This document shows positions 9,316 to 19,101 of a stretch of DNA of 64,000 bases, one piece after another; position 1 is the stretch's first letter; every line of letters begins with the position of its first letter. The notes under the pieces were generated by a model. The model saw only the letters and a program-made list of their open reading frames with translations. It searched no databases and had not been told where the DNA came from. The stretch covers positions 160,001-224,000 of the forward strand of contig CALSNU010000005.1 of NCBI GenBank assembly GCA_943787795.1, given 5' to 3'. The position numbers were made by a program, and so were the translations under genes. Source of the stretch: an uncultured bacterium (lineage in GTDB: Bacteria > Planctomycetota > UBA1135 > GCA-002686595).

Positions 9316-10605
9316 TCACTGGAAGGTGACCTCGAGCCCGTCCGTGAAGTTCGAGGTTGTTGAGCCGCCTACCGCGTCACGGTGCCAGGCCTGGAAGTTC
9401 CAGGTGTCGCCGGGAAGGACGCCCACGGTGCCGAGGGCGGGGTCGGGGAAGGCGGTGAGGTCGGCCGGGATGGTGAACTCGCCCGCTGGACCGCTGTTCA
9501 CGATCTGCTGCTGGAAGCGCCCGACGGCGCCGCCGAGACAGAGATTGCCCTGGGAGCCGCCTGGGGTCGGGGCGAAGCCCTGCTGTCGAGACGTGATGAA
9601 GAACCCGAAGCTGTTGGCGGGTAGTCCGCTGGCCGTCAGGTTGAAGTCGTTCAGTGCGACAGAGGGCGACCCATCGGCGCCCATGGAACCCGCGGCGCCC
9701 GTGGAGTTCGGGTTGGCGGCGCAGTAGTTCGAGCCGAGGCCGCCGCCCGCGTACTCCACGAGGAAGCTGGTCGTGTTGACGTGGTTCTCCTCCGCGTCGT
9801 TCCACTGGCCGCTCCCGAACATCTCCGCGTAGTCCTCGGCGCCGCCGTTGGCTGCGTTGTTGTTGGGCTCGCCGGGGAACCAGTTGGTGAAGGTCGCATC
9901 GGTCCCGTCGATCCAGACCCAGCCGCCGTCGGGCTCGGAGTACTGGGGGTGGGTGGTGTCCTGGAAGAGTCCGACCCAGGGGCGCCCGACGGGCAGGTTG
10001 TTCACGACCCAGTCGAGATCGGCCTGGTCGGAGAGGACGGCGAGGCGGCCTGGCTGACCGAGCCAGACGAGGTCAGCGGCCCTGTCACGGGCCTGGGTCC
10101 AGGAGAGATTGTCGTCGACCAGCTCGTAGTAGCGGCCGTTGTTCGGGTTCAGGGCAGGGATGTACTCGGACAGGGTGAAGGTCCCCGTGCCGGTGCTCCC
10201 CACGGATCGAGAGCCAAAGCGGATCAGGTACTGCTGGCCCGCCGCTGCGGCGAATCGCACGTTCGAACCGATGTTGCAGTCGATCGCCGAGCAGGCGAGC
10301 TGCATCAGGTTGTTGCAGTCGTTGCCGTCATAGACGGCGACGCGCGTCTCGAGGGAGGTCTGGCCGCACACCTCCACGGTGACCCGGGCGTTGTTGGGCG
10401 CCGTCCAGAGGAACCAGACGTCCTTGCGGACGGGAAGGCCGTTGCAGTCGGAGAGGCCGGGGGTGGGCGTCGCGCTCGTGTTGTCGAAGGGGTGCGGCCC
10501 AAGGCCGGAGATGGGCTGGGCGTTGGCGCAGTCGTCCGCACCCTGGGCGAAGGCTCCGGAGACGGTGAGCGTGGCGAGGGCGAGCAGGTAGATCGAGCGG
10601 CGCAT
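9316..10605 (-). CDS. Secreted protein: PPC-like beta-sandwich + C-type lectin domain + shared C-terminal domain
   Basis: Signal peptide; DDCANA..DVWF module; CTLD motifs WVGL, WFPGEPNN, EDY and WND; YC..NSTG...FQAWHRD tail. Confidence 0.85.
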   Translation of the reverse strand: MRRSIYLLALATLTVSGAFAQGADDCANAQPISGLGPHPFDNTSATPTPGLSDCNGLPVRKDVWFLWTAPNNARVTVEVCGQTSLETRVAVYDGNDCNNLMQLACSAIDCNIGSNVRFAAAAGQQYLIRFGSRSVGSTGTGTFTLSEYIPALNPNNGRYYELVDDNLSWTQARDRAADLVWLGQPGRLAVLSDQADLDWVVNNLPVGRPWVGLFQDTTHPQYSEPDGGWVWIDGTDATFTNWFPGEPNNNAANGGAEDYAEMFGSGQWNDAEENHVNTTSFLVEYAGGGLGSNYCAANPNSTGAAGSMGADGSPSVALNDFNLTASGLPANSFGFFITSRQQGFAPTPGGSQGNLCLGGAVGRFQQQIVNSGPAGEFTIPADLTAFPDPALGTVGVLPGDTWNFQAWHRDAVGGSTTSNFTDGLEVTFQ

Positions 10606-10719
10606 GGTCGGTGTGGAAGGAGGATAGAGAGGACCGTTGGACGGTAGCAGCGCCCCTTGGATCCCGCCATCCGCCCGCCCCTGGACCCTCCCGGTCCAGC
10701 CCTCAGCTAGCGCTGGCGC

Positions 10720-11592
10720 TCAGTTCGTGCAGAAGGCCCGGCTGTCGACGAACTCGCGCGTTCGCCGGACCTCCTCCTCGCAGACGCGCTGGCCGAGGTC
10801 ACGCAGGTACGCGAGGTCCTGCGGCGCGAGCTGCCGCCAGCGCCGGGGGGGGACGATGGACTCGACGTCGTCGGCGCCGAGGCTCATGGCGAGCATCACG
10901 AGCGCGAGGAAGCTCCCAGCCTGGCTCGGGTGCTCACGGTCGGCTGCGTACAGGTCGAGGTCGGGCCGCTCGCGTCGTGCGATCCCGAAGGCCTCTCCGA
11001 CCGGCACGACTTGAACGTTCTGCCCGAGCGCCACCCCTCGGTGGGCAGCGACGATCTCCTCCAACGACAGCCACCCCAGCCGCTCGTAGTCCCAGGTCAT
11101 GAAGAGGACCGGGCGGGCTCCCGCATCCCGGACCAGCTCGATGAGCTTGCCTGCGTGCTCCTCAAACGAGGCCACGGTGGACTCGGGGATGTCCGCTTGG
11201 AGGACGACGACGTCCGCCTCACCGACGTCGATCCGGTCGAGCACCTCCTCACGATGCCAGTGGGTCTCCAGGGAGGCGCCGCCCTCGACGCAGGGCTCCA
11301 CCGTGACCCCGCGATCCTCGCTGTCGAGGGCCGCGGCGAGCGGCTTCCAGAGGCCGCCGTTCCAGAAGGTGAAGCTGTTGCCCACCATGAGGACGCGGCC
11401 CGGAGGGGGGACGTCCCAGCGGTGCGCCGGGCGAGCTTGGGCGTCCTCCGCTGTCGCCTCGCCGGGCGAGCTGGGAACCGCTCGGTCGGGGGGGAGCGGG
11501 GCCGCGCTACAGGCGGCGAGGGCGGGCACCGCGGCGAGGGCAGCCGGCCCCGCCAGCGCGCGGAGAACCGCGCCCGCAGCTGCCGGTCTCAA
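10720..11592 (-). CDS. SGNH/GDSL-like hydrolase lipoprotein
   Basis: LAAC lipobox, VLMVGNSFT (block I) and DREHPS (block V). TTG 11592 overlaps the upstream stop; start uncertain. Confidence 0.72.
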   Translation of the reverse strand: MRPAAAGAVLRALAGPAALAAVPALAACSAAPLPPDRAVPSSPGEATAEDAQARPAHRWDVPPPGRVLMVGNSFTFWNGGLWKPLAAALDSEDRGVTVEPCVEGGASLETHWHREEVLDRIDVGEADVVVLQADIPESTVASFEEHAGKLIELVRDAGARPVLFMTWDYERLGWLSLEEIVAAHRGVALGQNVQVVPVGEAFGIARRERPDLDLYAADREHPSQAGSFLALVMLAMSLGADDVESIVPPRRWRQLAPQDLAYLRDLGQRVCEEEVRRTREFVDSRAFCTN

Positions 11593-14500
11593 CGGTCGGC
11601 CCCGAGCTCGACCATGGCGTGCACCCACTCGGTCTCAAGGGCCGGGGCCATGGGGACGACCCAACGATGCGCGGGTCGAGTGTTCCACTCCGCCCGCCAG
11701 GCGCGGTGCTCGGGCGTGTCGGGGAAGGACTCGGTGTCGGGGTAGGGGTACCCGCTCATGGCGTGGAACGGGAGCGGCTCGACCTCGAGGGCCTCGTACG
11801 TGTTGTGGTCCCGGTCCTTGGCCCAGCCGTCGAGGAACACCAGGTAGTCCCGCACGTGCCCCTCCGGGACCGGCGGGAGCTTGGAGGCGTCGAAGCGGAG
11901 GGTGAGCGCGTCGCCCGAGCCCATGATCACGTACTGATCGTCGACCGCGGTGAGCAGGGGGCCGACGGCCCCGTAGCGGGTGTAGTCCCCCGGGTGCTGG
12001 TCCCAGCGGGGCTCCATGGCGACCTTGTCCCAGTCGAAGAAGAGGGGGAGGTCTTGCCGGTCGGGGACCTGGCCCTCGGAGAACCCGCGGGACCACAGGC
12101 GCGTCCCGATCGGCTCCATGGAGGAGGTGATCAGGCCGGCGTCGTCGTCGCAGGTCGCGAGCTCGATGCAGTCCCAGTAGAGCTCGAGGGTCGAGCCCAG
12201 GCGCATCCGCGGGTCCTCACGGTTCAGGATCTCCGAGACGTCGATCACCATGGTCTTCGTCTTGCCCGCGGGGAAGCCCACGGGCGGCCCGGCGGGGACC
12301 CAGGTCCCGTCGGGGCCAGGGATCTCGATCACGGGCGGGATGAACTCGACGCCCGGTGTCGCGGCGGACGCCACGTTCGCGCTGGCGTCACTCCAGAAGA
12401 ACCAGCCCGTGGCGACCATGCGCAGCAGCTTCGCGTCCTTGACGTCCGCGGGGTCAAATTCCAGCTCGAGCCAGTGGGGCTCCGCGAGCCCGAGGTACTG
12501 GCCCGCGAGGCGCTCGAAGGGGACCGGGTGGACGGAGTCGCGGTCGCGGAGCTCGGCGGTCCAATCCGCGCCGTCGGAGCCGGTGGCCTTGCGCACCTTG
12601 GCGACCCGCTCCACCACGTGGGTGTGGGGCTCGGGGAAGGGCGGGAACTTGAAGCGCTCGTTGGGATAGATCGCCGTGCCCGCCGGGTGGTCCACCACGT
12701 CGAGGCGCACCCGGTCCAGGTAGGTGACCTCGCGCAGCTCCTCGGTAAACTGGAGCACCAGCTCGTCGTTCTCGTCGGGGACGAGCTGATCCCCACGCAC
12801 GAGCACGTACTCGTCGTGGTCCGGCGGCACCAGCATTCCTGGCGCCATGGGCAGGCCCAGGGGCGTGATCCCGATCACGTCGCTGATGAACTCGAACGTC
12901 TCCCCGTTCCAGGTGTAGAGGAACGGGCAGGAGCCAATGAGGCCCTCGGGCTGGACGCCGAAGTCGGAGTTGTCGAGGAAGAACTGGACGCCGGCCTCGA
13001 CGTCGAGCTCCTGCTGGACCACGCCGTTGGGCCAGGAGACTCGGACCACATCCGCATAGGGCCGGTCGCCGATGCCGACGATGGCGGCCTCGCCACGGAG
13101 GTACACGCGGCGGTAGAGGTCCTGGGCGCGTACCTCGAGGACCGCGCCGACCGCCTGCCTGTTGTCCTTCTGGCCGACAAACTTCAGCAGCAGCGCGTTC
13201 TTCGCCGCGTTGGTGGGGGAGATGGCCACCAGCCCCTCGTCGGTCAGCTGCATCACCTCGAGGGTGAGCGGCGCGTAGGGGTCCGGCCGGTCGATGTCCC
13301 TCACCAGCAGGTCGCGGCCGCCTCCAAGGGGGACCTCGAACGCCAGCGGTGCCGGCTGGGTCAGGTTGAGCAGGCCGCGGCAGCTCCCTGCCGGGTCCAT
13401 CCACACCAGGTCGACCGCCCCGTTCATGTCGAGGTCCGTGACCTCCACATGGCTCTCCTCGGCGACGTTCACGTCCAGATCCGCGGGCTCATAGGTCCCC
13501 TCGGCCGTGCGGCGGAACCAGCGCGAACCGCCGGCCCCGGGGACGAGCAGGTCCGGGCGGCCATCGGCGTCGAGGTCCGCCACGGTGGGCTCCCGGAGGA
13601 GGGTCGCTCCAGCGAGGCCGCTCGCTCTCAGGTCCTCGAAGAGCCCGCGCCGCAGGGAGTCCATGAGGTGGGTGGCCCCCGCTCCGCCAAAGAGCAGGTC
13701 AACGTCGTTGTCGCCGTCGAGGTCCTCGGCGGCGCACCAGCCGAAGTCACCGGCGGGGAGCGACGCGGCCTCGCTGGCGTCTCTCCAGGCGCCGCGCGGC
13801 TGGACATTGCCGTCCTTGTCGACCAGGGCGCCGGCGCCGTCGTTGCGGAGGAGCCGCGCTCCGAAGGCGCCGACCACAAGCAGGTCGAGGTCGCCGTCGT
13901 GGTCGAAGTCCACGGTCTCGAGGTCGCGGATCTCTCCTTCGAAGGCCGGGAGCGGGACCGGGGAGAGGGTCCAGCGGGGACCCTCATCGTCATCCGACTG
14001 CTCGAAGAGCACGAGGCGGTCACCCGCAGCTGCCAGGACGTCGAGGGTGTCGCCGCTGAGGCGTTGGTTCAGGTCGAGGGCACGGACCGGGCCGGTGATC
14101 CCGGACGCTGCCAGCTCTGTGGTCTCCAGCGAGGAGTCGTCGCTGCCGTCGCGGAGGTGAACGGCGAGGGATCCGTCGGCCACCGTGATCAGGTCGAGGG
14201 TGCGGTCTCCGTCGAGGTCGCGGATCTCCAGCGCGCTGACGTCGTCGCCGAGCGGGGCGACGGTGCTCGGGGCGATGGTGCGCGGGGCGCCAAACTCCGG
14301 CGCCACGGCGGGGCGCGTGGGGAAGGAGCCGAAGGGCGCGGGCGGCGTGACACGCGCCAGGAGCCCCTGGTCCAGCTCGACGTCATTGGTGGGCTTGAAG
14401 CCCTTCTCTCGCAGGGACGTCCAGAGGCTGTCCCAGCTGCGCAGCTCCTGTTCGTCGTCTTCGTAGGCGGCCGTGTAGCGGTAGCGCTGGTAGACGGCGG

Positions 14501-15098
14501 TCACGTACCACTGGAGGCCGAGCTCGATGCCGAGGGCAACGACCTCATCCAGCGCCCCGACGGCGCGGTCCAGGTCCTCCTCAAGGCCGAGCAGCGCCCG
14601 CGCCAGGCCCAGCTTCGACGGCGGGTCCCCTGGGGCGAGCTCGAGGACCCGATCGTAGAGCGCGGGGACCTCCTCCATGCGATCCGGATCGTAAGAGGCG
14701 AGCCTGGCCTGCAGGTAGTTGGCGCCGGGGTCGTCGGGCGCCGCCTCGAGGGCGCGGGCCACCAGGGCGATGGACCCCTCGAGGTCCTGGGTCTTCAGGG
14801 TGACCTGAGCGGCTGTGATCAGGTCGACCACCGCGGGGCTCTCGCCCTCGATCAGGGGGGAGATCTCCTCGAGCGCCGCCCTGTACTCCTCTTTCGAGAA
14901 GAGCACGGCGACGCGCTCACGGGTCAGCGTGGCCTCGACGGAGGGGCGGGCTTGGTCGGTGGAGGAGCCCGGTTCGCCGCAGCCACCAATGAGGGGTGCG
15001 AGGACGAGGGTCGCGAGGGCAGCAGCCCTCAAGATCGGGTCCTGGGCCGGAGTGTCAGTCATGGAGCGCGGGGGAGTGTGGGGCATCGGGTACGCCAC
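11589..15098 (-). CDS. TPR + FG-GAP repeat + ASPIC/UnbV (CRTAC1-like) protein
   Basis: Helical TPR-like N-terminus, several DxDGDxDL repeats, NRQAVGA..VSWPNG ASPIC motifs and an SCPFLYTWNG C-terminal domain. The start may be 15086 or 15062. Confidence 0.85.
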   Translation of the reverse strand: MAYPMPHTPPRSMTDTPAQDPILRAAALATLVLAPLIGGCGEPGSSTDQARPSVEATLTRERVAVLFSKEEYRAALEEISPLIEGESPAVVDLITAAQVTLKTQDLEGSIALVARALEAAPDDPGANYLQARLASYDPDRMEEVPALYDRVLELAPGDPPSKLGLARALLGLEEDLDRAVGALDEVVALGIELGLQWYVTAVYQRYRYTAAYEDDEQELRSWDSLWTSLREKGFKPTNDVELDQGLLARVTPPAPFGSFPTRPAVAPEFGAPRTIAPSTVAPLGDDVSALEIRDLDGDRTLDLITVADGSLAVHLRDGSDDSSLETTELAASGITGPVRALDLNQRLSGDTLDVLAAAGDRLVLFEQSDDDEGPRWTLSPVPLPAFEGEIRDLETVDFDHDGDLDLLVVGAFGARLLRNDGAGALVDKDGNVQPRGAWRDASEAASLPAGDFGWCAAEDLDGDNDVDLLFGGAGATHLMDSLRRGLFEDLRASGLAGATLLREPTVADLDADGRPDLLVPGAGGSRWFRRTAEGTYEPADLDVNVAEESHVEVTDLDMNGAVDLVWMDPAGSCRGLLNLTQPAPLAFEVPLGGGRDLLVRDIDRPDPYAPLTLEVMQLTDEGLVAISPTNAAKNALLLKFVGQKDNRQAVGAVLEVRAQDLYRRVYLRGEAAIVGIGDRPYADVVRVSWPNGVVQQELDVEAGVQFFLDNSDFGVQPEGLIGSCPFLYTWNGETFEFISDVIGITPLGLPMAPGMLVPPDHDEYVLVRGDQLVPDENDELVLQFTEELREVTYLDRVRLDVVDHPAGTAIYPNERFKFPPFPEPHTHVVERVAKVRKATGSDGADWTAELRDRDSVHPVPFERLAGQYLGLAEPHWLELEFDPADVKDAKLLRMVATGWFFWSDASANVASAATPGVEFIPPVIEIPGPDGTWVPAGPPVGFPAGKTKTMVIDVSEILNREDPRMRLGSTLELYWDCIELATCDDDAGLITSSMEPIGTRLWSRGFSEGQVPDRQDLPLFFDWDKVAMEPRWDQHPGDYTRYGAVGPLLTAVDDQYVIMGSGDALTLRFDASKLPPVPEGHVRDYLVFLDGWAKDRDHNTYEALEVEPLPFHAMSGYPYPDTESFPDTPEHRAWRAEWNTRPAHRWVVPMAPALETEWVHAMVELGADR

Positions 15099-15191
15099 GT
15101 GTCGGGAGGTGTTGGCGCGGTCAGCGGTCGGGCCTGCGTACCCGGGGACAGGCTACGGCGAGAGAGTGGGCCGTCCAATGTCCAACCTCCC

Positions 15192-15257
15192 AATGGGCGC
15201 AGCCCAGCCGGCTAATGGGCGCAGCCCAGCCGGCCGATGGGCGGATCCGCGCCGGGC
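15192..15257. repeat. 22-bp tandem repeat x3 in a divergent intergenic region
   Basis: aatgggcgcagcccagccggc(t/c) twice, plus a degenerate third copy. Confidence 0.8.
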
Positions 15258-15298
15258 CTGGGATGTGACGCGGGCGGCTGTGTGGCAGACTCCGGGGT

Positions 15299-17740
15299 AT
15301 GGACGAATTGGCAGAGGCTCCGGGCCGACTCCGCACAGACGGCTTGCGAGCGTGGGGCGCGCTCCTGATCTGGCTGACCGCTGGCGCGACAGCCGTCTGG
15401 CTCGGAGCGCCACCGCCGGCGCTGCCCGAAGATGCGCCAGCGGAGGTCGCGTCCGGAGGGCGCGCCGGCGCCCTTCTCGAACGCATCGCTCGGGAAGAGG
15501 GCGGCGCAGCACCGCAGCCGCGACCGGTGGGGACCGCCGCGAACGCGCGCTGCCGGGAGCGCATCCTCGACGAGTGGCGGCGTATCGGCTTCACCCCCGA
15601 GGTCTCCGAGCGGGTCACCGTCGTTGGAGATTGGAGCCTCGCTGGATCCACAAAGAACATTCTGACTCGCCTCCCCGGGACCGGTCGCAGCAGCGGCCCT
15701 GGCACCGCCATCCTGTGCATGGCGCACTACGACTCGGTGGGGGCCGGGCCCGGCATCGGTGATGACCTCTCCGGGGTCGCTGCCCTCCTGGAGGTCGCGC
15801 GGGCCCTCAAGGCACGGGGCGGGACGGGGCGCGACGTGATCTTCCTCATCGATGACGCAGAGGAGTCTGGCTTGCTGGGGGCGGCGGCGTTCACGCAGCA
15901 TCACCCCTGGGCCGCGGATGTCGGCGCGGTGATCAACCTGGAGGCCCGAGGGACGAGCGGGCCGAGTCGGATGTTCGAGACGGGGCCAGGCAACGCCGCC
16001 CTCGTGGAGGCCCTGGCCGATGTCGTCACGCGCCCGAGCACGAGCTCGGTCTCCGTGGAGGTGTATCGGCGGATGCCCAACGACACCGACTTCTCCGTCT
16101 GGCGCAGGCTCGGAGTCCCGGGCCTGAACTTCGCGTTCATCGGTGACGTCGCTCGATACCACACGCCCCTGGACGACCTCGAGCACCTGGATCCGCGGAG
16201 CCTTCAGCACCACGTGACCAACGCCATGGAGGCGGTGCTCGCCCTCGACCAGGCGCCCCTCCCCGCGAGACCCTCTGGCGCTCAGACCGCGGACAAGGCC
16301 AGCGCCCCGGCCTCCGCAGACGCCGTGTTTCTGGACCTCGGCGGCCGCTCAGTCGTGACCATGGGGATCCCCACGATCCGGTTCCTCGGCGGCCTCTTCT
16401 TCCTGCTCTCCCTGGTGGGCATCAGCCGGGCCTTGACCCGCGGCGCGCTCGGGCTGAGGGGAATCATGCTGGCGCTCCTGGGCGTCTCGTTGGCCACGGG
16501 TTTGGCGGTCATGGTCGCCAAGTTCCACCTCGACCTGCTGCGTATCCTCGGCGCCCCGGCTGTGACCTTCTCGGCGGCGAGCGACCTCCTTGCGGTGAGC
16601 GTCGGCGCGATCGGGCTCGGGTCCCTCCTGGCCATGGTCTTGTTCCTCACGCGGGTCGTGACCTCGGCTGAGTGCGGCGCCGCCGTCGCGCTCATGGTCA
16701 CCCTCGCGGGGATGCTCTTGACCTGGGCCGCACCCGGGGCAGCCTTCTTGCTCGTCTTCCCCTCGGCGATCCTCGCGGTGACCTGGTTCATCTTCCCCAA
16801 GAAGGGCGATCTCGGCGCGCAGGTCAGCAACGCCGCGCTCTTCGCGCTGGGCATCGCCGCCTTCCTCTGGATGCCCCTTCACCTCGGGCTCCTCGACGCC
16901 TTTGGCGCAGGCTCCGGGGCGGTGCTCCTGGGCCCGCTCCTGCTCTGCGGAGCGCTGCTCCTCGCGCCGATCTGTCGGGCCTCAGGAGGGGCCTCCCCGT
17001 GGATCACCGCGGTGCTGCTGGCTGTTGGCCTCGGGGCAGGGGCCTTGGCGACCCGGGCACGTGCGCTCACCCCCGATCAGCCGGGAAAGCTCAACCTGGT
17101 CCATGTGCAGACCGCCGGCGGCGAGGCCTGTTGGTTGGCCCGTGGCTTCGCGGCGGGGGCCTTGGATTCAGAGGTGCGTACGGAGCTTGTCAGCTCCCTC
17201 GGAGGTGCCGTCCTGAGGCCTCCCTTCGAGCGGATCCCCTGGGCGGGCAGGACGGCCTTCAGCCTGAGCACGCGCCCGGTCAACGTCCCCTTCCCCGAGC
17301 TCGAGGTGGTCGACGGTCGGCTCTCCGAGGAGGGGGGCACGGCCAGGCTCCGGATGCGCACGAACCGCGGCGGCGATGAGCTCCTCCTCAACGCGGCGGG
17401 GCTCGGCGCCATGCGGGCCGAGGGGGTCACTGTGTCGCCGCGAGGGCTGTCCTGGCTCGCCCCGGGCGACGGGTGGCTTGAGTTCGAGGTGGACCTCGCG
17501 GACGAGCTCGAGGCATCAATCACGGTCTTCGACAAGCGCTTCGGTCTGAGCCGGGTCCTGACGCAGCGTGCCGAGATGTTCCTGACGGAGCGGGAGCCTC
17601 TCCTGGTCCCGGCCCACGACGGCGACGGCTCCATCCTCAAGGCCGAATACGTGCTGCGGATCGACGCCGAGAGCGGGGAGGCCAGCCTGCGGATCAAGGG
17701 CCCGGACGCCGCAGGACCCGAGGGCGGGGGAGGCCGGTGA
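15299..17740 (+). CDS. Membrane-bound M28 family metallopeptidase
   Basis: AHYDS, GDD, DAEESGLLGA, NLEARG and YHTPLD motifs, followed by multiple TM helices. Confidence 0.88.
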   Translation: MDELAEAPGRLRTDGLRAWGALLIWLTAGATAVWLGAPPPALPEDAPAEVASGGRAGALLERIAREEGGAAPQPRPVGTAANARCRERILDEWRRIGFTPEVSERVTVVGDWSLAGSTKNILTRLPGTGRSSGPGTAILCMAHYDSVGAGPGIGDDLSGVAALLEVARALKARGGTGRDVIFLIDDAEESGLLGAAAFTQHHPWAADVGAVINLEARGTSGPSRMFETGPGNAALVEALADVVTRPSTSSVSVEVYRRMPNDTDFSVWRRLGVPGLNFAFIGDVARYHTPLDDLEHLDPRSLQHHVTNAMEAVLALDQAPLPARPSGAQTADKASAPASADAVFLDLGGRSVVTMGIPTIRFLGGLFFLLSLVGISRALTRGALGLRGIMLALLGVSLATGLAVMVAKFHLDLLRILGAPAVTFSAASDLLAVSVGAIGLGSLLAMVLFLTRVVTSAECGAAVALMVTLAGMLLTWAAPGAAFLLVFPSAILAVTWFIFPKKGDLGAQVSNAALFALGIAAFLWMPLHLGLLDAFGAGSGAVLLGPLLLCGALLLAPICRASGGASPWITAVLLAVGLGAGALATRARALTPDQPGKLNLVHVQTAGGEACWLARGFAAGALDSEVRTELVSSLGGAVLRPPFERIPWAGRTAFSLSTRPVNVPFPELEVVDGRLSEEGGTARLRMRTNRGGDELLLNAAGLGAMRAEGVTVSPRGLSWLAPGDGWLEFEVDLADELEASITVFDKRFGLSRVLTQRAEMFLTEREPLLVPAHDGDGSILKAEYVLRIDAESGEASLRIKGPDAAGPEGGGGR

Positions 17741-19101
17741 TTCGGCGCCTCTGGCGATGCGCGCTCGCCCTGGGGGCCGTGCTGGTCGCGGCCTGCGGGG
17801 GAGACAGCCCGCGACCCAGCGTGGTCATGGTGGTCGGCGACACCCTTCGTGCCGACAAGCTCAGCTGCATGGGGGGGCCCGCGGGGCTGACCCCGTACCT
17901 GGACCGCATCGCGTCGGATGGTGTGCGCTTCGATCAGGCTCGCTCCCACGCCCCCTGGACGCTGCCCTCCACCGCCTCCATGCTCACCTCGCTCCACCCC
18001 GAGGAGCACGGGGCGGGCGGTCGCCTCGGCCGCTTCACGACGCTCGACGAGGAGGTTGAGACCGTGGTGAAGGGCTTCCGTGACCAGGGGTACCGGACCC
18101 ACGCGATCGTTAACGTGCTCTTCCTCGATCCGGGCCTCTTCGGGGTCACCCGGGACTTCGAGACCGTGGATCAGCAGGTCTTCGAGACCAACGTCGACGT
18201 GCGCGCGGCCGACGCGACGACCCGGGCCGCGCTGGAGTGGATCGAGGCGAATCGTGACGACGGGCCCTTCTTCCTCCTCGTCCACTACTTCGACCCGCAC
18301 TGCGTCTACGCGCCACCGCCCGCGTTCCGCGAGCGGTGGGCTGCGCCTGCGGATCAACAGGGGGATTGGACCTTCGGGACCCGGCCGCAGATGGTCGCGA
18401 TCCGCGAGGGCGAGCTCTCACCCGCGGCGGCGACCATCGAGCGCGCTGAGGCCCTGTACAACGGCGAGGTCAGCTACCTCGACGCCCAGATTGGGCGCCT
18501 CGATGACGGCCTGGCGTCCATGGGGCAGCGGGATGAGCTGGTCCTCGTCGTGACGGCGGATCACGGTGAGGAGTTCCTGGACCACGGCGGCTTCGAGCAC
18601 GGTCACACCCTGTACGACGAGCTCGTCCGGGTGCCGCTGCTGATCCGCGCGCCGGCGAGGCTCAAGCCGGGGGTCGTGGGCGCCCCGGTCCGCCACATCG
18701 ACCTCGCCCCGACGCTCTGCGAGCTCTGCGACCTGCCGGTCCCCGGACAATTCGTCGGGCGCAGCCTCGTCCCGCTGGCGGACGGTGAGCTCGAGCTCGA
18801 GCAGCGATCGACTCTGGCCCACGGGAACATGTGGGCGCGGCCTCAGACCAGTTGGACCTCGGGGGGCTGGAAGCTGATCGTGCGAGAGGGCGCCCCGGCG
18901 CAGCTCTACGAGGTGGCGAGCGACCCCGGAGAGCTCCGGGACCTCGCGGCAGAACGACCGGAGGAGCGGGCCCGCCTGCAGGCTGAGCTCGAGGCCGTGG
19001 AGCGCGGAATGACCGCGCTACGGCGCGGGGAGGCGGCAACGCTGGACCCCCGCACACGTGAGGTGCTCAGCGGACTGGGCTACGGTGGAGAGGACGAATG
19101 A
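17737..19101 (+). CDS. Sulfatase-like hydrolase/transferase lipoprotein (APWTLPS type)
   Basis: DTLRAD, APWTLPS, HYFDPH, TADHGEEF and HGHTLYDE motifs; C-terminal LSGLGY. Confidence 0.85.
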   Translation: MIRRLWRCALALGAVLVAACGGDSPRPSVVMVVGDTLRADKLSCMGGPAGLTPYLDRIASDGVRFDQARSHAPWTLPSTASMLTSLHPEEHGAGGRLGRFTTLDEEVETVVKGFRDQGYRTHAIVNVLFLDPGLFGVTRDFETVDQQVFETNVDVRAADATTRAALEWIEANRDDGPFFLLVHYFDPHCVYAPPPAFRERWAAPADQQGDWTFGTRPQMVAIREGELSPAAATIERAEALYNGEVSYLDAQIGRLDDGLASMGQRDELVLVVTADHGEEFLDHGGFEHGHTLYDELVRVPLLIRAPARLKPGVVGAPVRHIDLAPTLCELCDLPVPGQFVGRSLVPLADGELELEQRSTLAHGNMWARPQTSWTSGGWKLIVREGAPAQLYEVASDPGELRDLAAERPEERARLQAELEAVERGMTALRRGEAATLDPRTREVLSGLGYGGEDE

